A stretch of 61,379 nucleotides of DNA, filler included. It is 5 parts of 5 records of this genome, joined end to end, with 100 filler letters (N's around TTAATTAATTAA, not from the genome) between each part and the next. Parts side by side here need not be neighbours in the genome. Positions count along the whole stretch, not along the records: positions 1 to 15,698 come from SRR31156797_9774; 4 more parts are not named here. One strand, written 5' to 3'. The notes under the pieces were generated by a model, which was not told the origin of the DNA, did no database searches, and saw nothing but the letters and a program-made list of their open reading frames with translations. The position numbers were made by a program, and so were the translations under genes. This document shows positions 1-7,049 of this stretch, one piece after another; the stretch's first letter is position 1, and the number at the start of each line of letters is the position of its first letter.

Positions 1-1077
1 AAGTTTGCTCGAGAGCGACGAGCCTATACGATTAAAAAGCTTAGTGCTCAGTTAGGGATTTCGTCAAGAACTTTATCCGATTTTGAAAACGGAAGGAGAG
101 TTCCTCAAAAGGAAGATTTTTTTCAATCGGTAGCATCTATATTGAGCTTCCCTGAGCATTTTTTTTTCCTGGACGATATTGCCTCTCTTGAAAAAAGCGT
201 TGTTAGTTTTAGGTCATTGGCTAGAATGTCTGCATCAACTCGAAAAGCAGCGCAATGTTCTGGACGCATAGCCTTGGACTTCATTAATTGGGTTGAGAAG
301 AGACTGGATCTTCCTCAAGTTGCCTTGCCTGATTTGCGGGGAGAGGATCCTGAAGCTGCTGCCGTAGCATTACGAACGGAGTGGGCTCTTGGAGAGTTGC
401 CTATAAAAAATTTAATACACCTCCTTGAATCAAAGGGGGTTAGGGTATTCTCTCTTAATGAGGCTACACAAGACATGGACGCTTATTCGTTTTGGACTGA
501 TAATCGCCCTTTTATTTTTCTAAATTCTATGAAATCGGTAGAAAGAAGTCGTTTTGATGCAGCACACGAGTTGGGTCATTTAATATTACATAAGCATGAG
601 GCTCCAGTTGGTAAAGAAATTGAAAAAGAAGCGAATCGTTTTGCCTCTGCCATGCTGATGCCTCAAGATAGTGTCATTGCTCGAGCACCTCGCTTTGTAT
701 CTCTCAGGAATATTATAGATTTGAAGGCTTGTTGGTTGGTATCTGCATCCGCTTTGGTTCGACGTCTGAGTGATTTATCTCTTTTAACTGAATGGCAGTA
801 TAGAAGCCTTGTAATTGAACTTTCAAGTTCAGGTTATATGAAAAATGAGCCAAAACCGATGCAGCATCGTGAGGTTTCTAAGCTGATACCTAAAATATTT
901 GAATTTTTAAGAGAAGACGGTATTACCAAGCTGGATGTTGCTAAAGAGCTTGGAGTCTTTGTTGATGAACTTGATGAACTATTTTTTAATTTGGCCCTCG
1001 TTGCTATTCCAGGAGGCAACAAGAAACAGTTGTCTCAACCCAATAGAGATAAAAACCACCTAAGACTGTTACCATAA
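1..1077 (+). CDS. XRE-HTH plus ImmA/IrrE-family Zn metallopeptidase (5' partial)
   Basis: Frame is open from base 1 (KFARERRAYTIKKLSAQLGISSRTLSDFENGRRVP = XRE HTH); RFDAAHELGH HExxH motif and EKEANRFASAMLMP downstream. Confidence 0.9.
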   Translation, partial: KFARERRAYTIKKLSAQLGISSRTLSDFENGRRVPQKEDFFQSVASILSFPEHFFFLDDIASLEKSVVSFRSLARMSASTRKAAQCSGRIALDFINWVEKRLDLPQVALPDLRGEDPEAAAVALRTEWALGELPIKNLIHLLESKGVRVFSLNEATQDMDAYSFWTDNRPFIFLNSMKSVERSRFDAAHELGHLILHKHEAPVGKEIEKEANRFASAMLMPQDSVIARAPRFVSLRNIIDLKACWLVSASALVRRLSDLSLLTEWQYRSLVIELSSSGYMKNEPKPMQHREVSKLIPKIFEFLREDGITKLDVAKELGVFVDELDELFFNLALVAIPGGNKKQLSQPNRDKNHLRLLP

Positions 1078-1123
1078 AATCAATATCTGGTTTTATAAAT
1101 ATATTAAATTTGCAAATTTAAGG

Positions 1124-1164
1124 TGCCCCCTCTGGCAACAAGAAACAGCATGGGGGGCATTTTT
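1124..1164 (+). terminator. Probable intrinsic terminator
   Basis: TGCCCCC...GGGGGGCA stem followed by TTTTT, about 45 nt after the stop codon. Confidence 0.5.
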
Positions 1165-1361
1165 GTTGATATTACATGGAATATTCGGTTATGTTATTAT
1201 TGGAGATCTATCTTTCAATTTTGTTTTTTTTAGACGGTTCATCGGCGAATTTTTGTCGATGATTAGCCGAAAATCATCTTCTTTTTAGCTTGTCTATTTG
1301 AGTAAACTTTTTTGGCTGTCTGCATGACCTGGTTAAGTAAAAAGGACACTTTTGTTAAGCA

Positions 1362-1469
1362 ACCTTTTTGAAATTGAACTTTATTCTTGGTCATGCGACT
1401 CCTTCTCTGCTGAAAAGGGCTGATTTTATGCCCATCTTGTAAGTATGGCTGTAAATAAGTGGTGATCAA
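1362..1469 (-). mobile_element. IS1595-family remnant: left end and first ~11 transposase codons
   Basis: AGGAG RBS then MTKNKVQFQKG (ATG at 1394), resembling the N-terminus of IS1595-type transposases; preceded by TGATCACCA...CAGCCATACT end-like sequence; similarity stops abruptly. Confidence 0.5.
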
Positions 1470-1553
1470 ATAATTAAATAAGGAGATTTCAGGAATCCAC
1501 AAATAACTATCAGCCCCAACTCATGCCTCTATTTTATATGTCTATATACGTCT

Positions 1554-2015
1554 CTATTTCTTCAACTTTTTTAGTTCGTTTTCTGGGTAATCGTACTCAC
1601 TTAGATGTTTTTTAAAATAATCGATATCCAATTTAGAGCAAGGTACTTCCTGGTCAAAGATTCTTTCATGGTATCCTGCTTGTCCTGCGGTTAAAAAAAT
1701 ATGTTCGGAATACTGCCTAACTTCCAAACGACATTTTTTTTCATCTATAGTATTAATACGAAATTGCCTTACCATTTCTCCAGCTTTCCAGGAGTGATTT
1801 AAATTTAATTTACTCAGCTTTTTTTCCAGGTTATTTATATTTTCGTTTGTACCTGCATATTCGCCTTCATATGAAGATCCCCCCATTTTAAGCCGCAGCA
1901 CTTCATCGTCTACAAGACGCCTAAATTTTGAATTCGAACGATAAGCTTCTTCCTCTCCGGGAAGAAGTTCATTTCCCTTGTAAAGTGCCCAAGCCGCAGT
2001 TGACCAATCCGCCAT
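1554..2015 (-). CDS. Hypothetical protein, distant paralogue of 2425-2919
   Basis: 153-aa ORF with GGAGG RBS; aligns by eye with the 164-aa ORF at both ends. Confidence 0.75.
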   Translation of the reverse strand: MADWSTAAWALYKGNELLPGEEEAYRSNSKFRRLVDDEVLRLKMGGSSYEGEYAGTNENINNLEKKLSKLNLNHSWKAGEMVRQFRINTIDEKKCRLEVRQYSEHIFLTAGQAGYHERIFDQEVPCSKLDIDYFKKHLSEYDYPENELKKLKK

Positions 2016-2198
2016 ATCAAATCCTCCATTTAAAGTTTATACTCAGACCTTGTAATCCGTTTTACTTGAAAAGACGTATAGTCTTTTTTATATATTGTAT
2101 ATTATCAATATCGTATTTTTGCAATTTTGTACTTGCGATACATTGAGAGTCTTTATTATATGTTTTTGCTTGAATGGTGTGCTCTTTTGTGTCCTTAT

Positions 2199-2357
2199 TT
2201 ATATTAGTGGTTTTTCTCGGTTTAGCTTTTGAACTAAAGTGCTGACACTATTCTGGAAATTTTGATCCTGGTTAAGTACGGATTCTTCACTCAAACTCTC
2301 CCAACCATGATTGTATATAGCGTGCGCTATCCATAAAGCGGTCTGATATTTATTCAT
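2199..2357 (-). pseudogene. Truncated duplicate of the N-terminus of 2425-2919
   Basis: MNKYQTALWIAHAIYNHGW...LVQKLNREK is 37/52 identical to the start of the 164-aa ORF; broken DNA similarity continues past the stop to ~2165. Confidence 0.75.
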
Positions 2358-2424
2358 GATTTGAGTCCATTTGATTTCGGATTGGGTATGCAATAGGCTC
2401 TTTTCTACGATAGTTTTTTGTAGC

Positions 2425-2919
2425 TCAGATTTTATCGATAAATTCTTTAATATTCGAATCTGGACAATTATATTTTTTTAAAATATCTTCTATTTGCTCT
2501 TTCAGTTCGTTTACGTTGTCTGCTTTAATCGTTCTTTGTAGAATAAGTTCATGCGGGCCGATATTTTGAGCATTATGGTAGTTGTCAATTGACCATTCTT
2601 TGATTTCTATTGCTTTGTTCTCTGTTGTGGTTTTTGTCCACAATTCAGCTCTTCTCGCTATTCTTTTTGATTGCCAGTCTGTATTTGCAATGCATTCGTT
2701 CTCCTTGCTGAATGGGGTTACAGCATAGATGTGCTCTTTTGTCTCGTTATCAGTTTGAAGAAGTAGTTTTTCTCTGTTTAGTTTTTGGACTAAAGCTTCA
2801 ACTGTGTTTAGGAACTCTTCATCACTGCTGAGTACTGATTCTTCAGCCGTACTTAAACTTCCCCATCCGTGGTTGGAAATGGCGTGCGCTATCCTTAAAG
2901 CGGCCTGATATCTATTCAT
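2425..2919 (-). CDS. Hypothetical protein
   Basis: 164-aa ORF starting 10 nt after the upstream stop; has local paralogues. Confidence 0.75.
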   Translation of the reverse strand: MNRYQAALRIAHAISNHGWGSLSTAEESVLSSDEEFLNTVEALVQKLNREKLLLQTDNETKEHIYAVTPFSKENECIANTDWQSKRIARRAELWTKTTTENKAIEIKEWSIDNYHNAQNIGPHELILQRTIKADNVNELKEQIEDILKKYNCPDSNIKEFIDKI

Positions 2920-2929
2920 GATTTGAGTC

Positions 2930-3568
2930 CTATTCTATTTCGGATTGAGTATCCAATATGGTTTTTTCTGCGATAGTTTTTTGTATCTCAGATGTTATCG
3001 ATTTATATAATTTGTCAATAATTGGAAATTTTAGCTTGAGTTGTGTTTCTGCATACTCTCGTATCTGAAGGTTTACTGGAGAATCTTCAACTTGAGTCGA
3101 TCTATTAACTTCATTTAAAAGAATTGATATCTCTTGAACTTCCGTTTTAAAACGGTGGATTTTTCGAAAAGCATCATTTGAAAAAAATATTCTGTATTTA
3201 TAGATGTTTTCATTTAGATGTATTGCGTATGATGAGAAGTCCCTCAATTTGCTTATATCATTAAAGTTGTTGTCAAGTTCTTTAACTAAATTTCTACAAC
3301 GATACACTATCTCTGTAATTTCAGGATATATAGATAGCTCTTTGTTAAATAAGGCTTCAGTCGCTGTTACTTTCGTTTTTAATATCGAATCAGTAATTGA
3401 TTCAATCTTTTTGAATATATTATCTGTTTGTCTTTTAAAAGACTCTTCTTTTTTTTTGAAATGGCTATCAACATATCGTTTCAATATTGTGGAGCCTAAA
3501 AAACCCAGAATACCCACTATTATGCTTGAAGTTATTATATTATTTATTATGTAAGTAAGGGATGTCAT
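2930..3568 (-). CDS. Hypothetical protein with N-terminal TM helix and helical body
   Basis: AGGAGA RBS; hydrophobic segment IITSSIIVGILGFLGSTIL; low GC. Confidence 0.75.
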   Translation of the reverse strand: MTSLTYIINNIITSSIIVGILGFLGSTILKRYVDSHFKKKEESFKRQTDNIFKKIESITDSILKTKVTATEALFNKELSIYPEITEIVYRCRNLVKELDNNFNDISKLRDFSSYAIHLNENIYKYRIFFSNDAFRKIHRFKTEVQEISILLNEVNRSTQVEDSPVNLQIREYAETQLKLKFPIIDKLYKSITSEIQKTIAEKTILDTQSEIE

Positions 3569-3834
3569 ATTTTCTCCTTATAGATATAATTTGTATTGTT
3601 TGTGTTACGTTCGATTTGGACTTATCACCAGTTTAAATTTCCTAGGTGAAATTTAAGCTGTAAACACACTATTGGGGGGGGGCGGCAGCTCTATAGCATT
3701 GTCGTGAGTTTCAAAGTCTCCATCTCATAATCTCTCAAACTTCTACACCTCAACCATTCTTTCCCCTGCCCACCCAACAAACAACCCTCTCAAACCCAGG
3801 GTAAACAACCCGTCTCACCGTAAAGCTCCTACAA

Positions 3835-4242
3835 TCAGAATTTATCGCTATTCGATCTTATTTCAAAAAGCAACTCATTAAGCATCTTCTTGGAATATGG
3901 GGTCATCTTTTCAAATCCAATAGCGATCCCATCTTCCTCTGCCCGAACAACCGTCCCCTTCAATTTAAAGGTGCTATCGTGCCCAGGGATTGCAAAAACA
4001 ACCATGGCATCCTTATCGATTTCAACTTCATCTGTTGTGTTGATATACACGCCGCAGGCACTGATATCCCGAGTATCGCTTTGGATAACCTTGCCGTCCA
4101 CCACAGCATCAATATTCATTTTGTCCGGTTGACGAGGGTATTCACGTTGTTGCCCTTGTTGCAGGTCTCTAAGGTGGTCGAGCAGATCTTTTTGTTGATC
4201 ATAGGTGAGGTTGTGAACTCTTTTGATAATTTCATCCAACAT
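3835..4242 (-). CDS. PilZ-domain (c-di-GMP-binding) protein
   Basis: REYPR (RxxxR) and DISACG (DxSxxG) motifs; GGAGG RBS before ATG 4242. Confidence 0.88.
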   Translation of the reverse strand: MLDEIIKRVHNLTYDQQKDLLDHLRDLQQGQQREYPRQPDKMNIDAVVDGKVIQSDTRDISACGVYINTTDEVEIDKDAMVVFAIPGHDSTFKLKGTVVRAEEDGIAIGFEKMTPYSKKMLNELLFEIRSNSDKF

Positions 4243-4301
4243 TTTCAGAGTGCCTCCATGGTACATTGTGAAGATTTAAAGGCAATAACCCGTTATAACC
4301 T

Positions 4302-4362
4302 CATTCCGATTCCCCTGCAACCATTCAATCTGCCTGCACCGCTCCTGATCATCCACCGGACC
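4302..4362 (-). pseudogene. Second remnant of the endonuclease I 3' end
   Basis: 21-nt exact match CATTCCGATTCCCCTGCAACC to 4990-5010; translates PVDDQERCRQIEWLQGNRN vs PVDDWERERCRRIERLQGNRN. Confidence 0.8.
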
Positions 4363-4514
4363 TCAGTTCCTGCAATCGTGCCCCGGTAACCGAACCGATG
4401 AAATTCACCCCTATTGGCATCCTATCTCGAAGGACCGATCTTAAAAAAGGTTGTATTCCGGCATCATTCCCTATAATATACTCGATATACGTGTATAGCG
4501 CAGGAGGATGAACG

Positions 4515-4736
4515 ATGTTAGCCATTAGATTGCCAGCGGATATTGAAGCTCGCCTTACCGCCCTGGCCAAGGCCACGGGCCGGACCAAAACCTTTTATGC
4601 CCGAGAGGCTATCCTGAAACATCTTGAGGACCTTGAGGACATCTATCTGGCCGAAAAACGCCTGGAAGACGTCCGGGCAGGTTCAAAAACAACTCCCCTG
4701 GGGGATTTGATGGAGCAGTATGGCCTGGAGAGTTGA
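4515..4736 (+). CDS. Ribbon-helix-helix (CopG/RelB-like) antitoxin
   Basis: [51 protein letters not shown]; overlaps a RelE-like gene. Confidence 0.9.
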   Translation: MLAIRLPADIEARLTALAKATGRTKTFYAREAILKHLEDLEDIYLAEKRLEDVRAGSKTTPLGDLMEQYGLES

Positions 4737-4936
4737 GTTCCAAAGGGATGCAGAGCGGGAACTGAGCCGGATCGACAAGCAGCATGCAAAACGCATATTG
4801 CGGTACCTATTCGAGAGAATTGCAACCGAAGAGGACCCGCGCCGGTGATTATCGGATCGTTTGTGATATTTCCGATAAGACCGTTACGGTTTTGGTTTTG
4901 CGCATCGGCCACAGGCGTTTGGTTTATAAACCATAA
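4720..4936 (+). pseudogene. relE: RelE/StbE-family toxin inactivated by an internal deletion/frameshift
   Basis: MAWRVEF...IATEEDPRR* (4720-4848), then in another frame [30 protein letters not shown]; the usual LxG..GLWRYRV segment is absent. Confidence 0.85.
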
Positions 4937-4937
4937 A

Positions 4938-4967
4938 GGGAGGCGCATTGAATCATCGGCGCCCCCC
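4938..4967. terminator. GC-rich hairpin between convergent genes
   Basis: GGGAGGCGC...GCGCCCCCC. Confidence 0.4.
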
Positions 4968-4975
4968 ATCATTAA

Positions 4976-5340
4976 TCACTCCACAAACCCATTCCGATTC
5001 CCCTGCAACCGCTCAATCCGCCGACACCGCTCCCGCTCCCAATCATCAACAGGATCAGCCTTTGCCCAGGCCTCCAACATCTTCCGATTCTTCTTCCCAA
5101 TAATCCCCCGCCCAGGATAAGCATCATCCATATAAAAATAGATCCTGGCAATATCCCCCCGGATCTCCGGCCGCGGCTCAGCCTTCCGATCCTCAATCTC
5201 CATATCACAGTCCCCAAACCGCCGGGGCTCCCCCGGGATCATGGCATACCGGTAATTTGACCTCAGGGGGTTGATCTGGGCATTGGCCAGCACAAGGTTG
5301 TGCATGTCGGCCTGCATGTATCGGTGTTGCATCTTTTTGC
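4976..5340 (-). pseudogene. Endonuclease I (EndA/Dns-like) C-terminal fragment
   Basis: ADMHNL..INxLRSN, EPRPEIRGDIARIYFYM, W..ADPVDDWE..R..LQGNRN; signal peptide and WEH motif region are missing. Confidence 0.8.
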
Positions 5341-5379
5341 CCCCCCCTTTTTTTTCAGAAAAAAAGCTCGGCAGTAGGT

Positions 5380-5622
5380 TCATTCTTGGAACAATGTGCT
5401 TTCTTTGTGTAAAAATTCGGGATCAAAATCCAATTCGTTTGGCCATTGAATTGAATCGAAAGAGGTCTTTACCGCTTTAAACATTCCAATATTCTTCAAT
5501 TCCGAGAATTTTCCCATTTCCAGATATGGGGAAACATCGAAAATCCGCTGTTCTCCATTCTCAAACTTCAAGAGCAACCGATAATTTTCAAGTGGCTTTA
5601 CATCCACAACAGATAAATACAT
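5380..5622 (-). CDS. DUF2442-family protein (putative antitoxin)
   Basis: V..VKPLENYRLLLKFENGEQRIFDV..IQWPNELDFDPE.L pattern. Confidence 0.85.
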   Translation of the reverse strand: MYLSVVDVKPLENYRLLLKFENGEQRIFDVSPYLEMGKFSELKNIGMFKAVKTSFDSIQWPNELDFDPEFLHKESTLFQE

Positions 5623-5636
5623 ACTTCCCTCCCAGA

Positions 5637-5903
5637 TCACTTCAGAGGATCTATTTTGAAAGGCAATTCACCTTTCGATGCTAATTCCCAATTTGCCATG
5701 AGCTCCTCCTGATGTATTTCGGCCCATGCCACTGCAATTTTTGATTGTTTTTTGGGCAAGCTTCCCTCGGTTATTTCACAACTTCGGATGTCAATAATCG
5801 CCTTGGAATCTTGGTAATATGCATGAATGTGCGGTGGGTTGTGTTCACTTGGGGCACAGTACATCCTTATTATTATACCAAAAAACATTGAAATCGTTGG
5901 CAT
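5637..5903 (-). CDS. DUF4160-family protein (putative toxin)
   Basis: MPTISMFFGIIIRMY..EHNPPHIHAYY..WAEIHQEELMANW..IDPL; AGGAG RBS. Confidence 0.88.
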   Translation of the reverse strand: MPTISMFFGIIIRMYCAPSEHNPPHIHAYYQDSKAIIDIRSCEITEGSLPKKQSKIAVAWAEIHQEELMANWELASKGELPFKIDPLK

Positions 5904-6194
5904 TACAAGACTCCTTCTTTTCATTATGTAAATCTGTGTTTTTAATTGCAACCATCACATCCAAACTCCCGCAAGCCATTCGTCTTTCTGCCGATACCAT
6001 GGCCATGGAAAGACAGCGCCGTTGGCATATTATATCAAATCGACGGGAAATCACCACACCCAGGACAAACAACCCGCATCCCCAAGATCTGACCGGTGTA
6101 TTCAACTAACGATTCCCCACAATTGGGGCAATGGAAGGTTTTGTTAGTAAAAAAACATAGGTTGAGGGTATGTTCACTTCTCTATGTTGCTTGT

Positions 6195-7019
6195 TCACAT
6201 TTCGAAACCTGGGATTTTTGCATGGTGCTTTACTTGATTAGTGGTGTCGTTAGTGTCTTGAGAATACACTTTTTTAAATGCAGTCTTTGCTACTTTTACT
6301 GGAAATAGTCGTCCGATTTCTTTTTCTACTTCGTCTCTGGGTGTTCCATCTAAAAGCATTTGGGCAATTTGCTGAATTGCTGCACCTTCACTAAGGTTTT
6401 GATTTGTTATAGGGCTTTCTGGCAACTTGCTTCTTTCAATCGAACGTACTCGCTTATCCAAGGACCTAACAGTGTGTAAGACTTCTGCCAGGATGCTGTC
6501 TTCTGATCGTGCGGGGAGTTTCCCCTCCTCAGCATCTGTATTCTCAAGTATCTGGTTGAAACCATCTTTAAATTGCTCCCAATAAGTCTCAAATACTTGT
6601 TCAACGACTTTCTCTCGTAACGATTTTTCTCCCAATGCTGAATTTAATGTGCGAACGAGTTCGAAGAGGCCCTCTTTGTCGGGCATGGTGTGATTGAATT
6701 GTGCTAAAGGATTGCTGACATCCGTCGTTTCCAAATCAATTAAAAATGTGCATATCCTTGAATTGGATAAACCTTTCGCCAAGGCTCCAGCTTCAAATAA
6801 TATCCAAGGTTTGTTCAGATTGCTCTTTGTAAGACAAATTATACCAATCGTTGTATCTTTAAGTTGATCCGAGATCTCTGAAAACCATAAAGATCCCCTG
6901 TCAATGTCTTTGCTTGACATCCATGGTCGGATGGCTTGTAATACACACTGAAGCCATTCATCCAGAAGTTCTGCTACGGCCTTGCTTCTTTCTCCAGACC
7001 AGCTTATGAATACTCTCAT
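6195..7019 (-). CDS. TIR-domain protein with uncharacterised C-terminal helical region
   Basis: VFISWS, DIDRGSLW, GIICLT..N...PWILFEAGA (catalytic Glu position present). Confidence 0.88.
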   Translation of the reverse strand: MRVFISWSGERSKAVAELLDEWLQCVLQAIRPWMSSKDIDRGSLWFSEISDQLKDTTIGIICLTKSNLNKPWILFEAGALAKGLSNSRICTFLIDLETTDVSNPLAQFNHTMPDKEGLFELVRTLNSALGEKSLREKVVEQVFETYWEQFKDGFNQILENTDAEEGKLPARSEDSILAEVLHTVRSLDKRVRSIERSKLPESPITNQNLSEGAAIQQIAQMLLDGTPRDEVEKEIGRLFPVKVAKTAFKKVYSQDTNDTTNQVKHHAKIPGFEM

Positions 7020-7049
7020 AGATATTTTTCCTTTTATAACTGTTGCCGG

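Larger units (their letters stand above)
2165..3001. repeat. Imperfect direct duplication: ~2165-2440 vs ~2705-3001
   Basis: Shared blocks GCGTGCGCTATCC, TATTCATGATTTGAGTCC, ATTTCGGATTG, CGATAGTTTTTTGTA and GTGCTCTTTTGT occur in the same order in both copies. Confidence 0.9.

Noticed and set aside
2165-3001. Diversity-generating retroelement TR/VR pair
   Set aside because: Differences are not adenine-specific and include indels; no reverse transcriptase in the window
5383-5402. KHIVP in an alternative frame resembling the endonuclease I EHxxP motif
   Set aside because: Lies inside the DUF2442 coding end and is too short; probably chance
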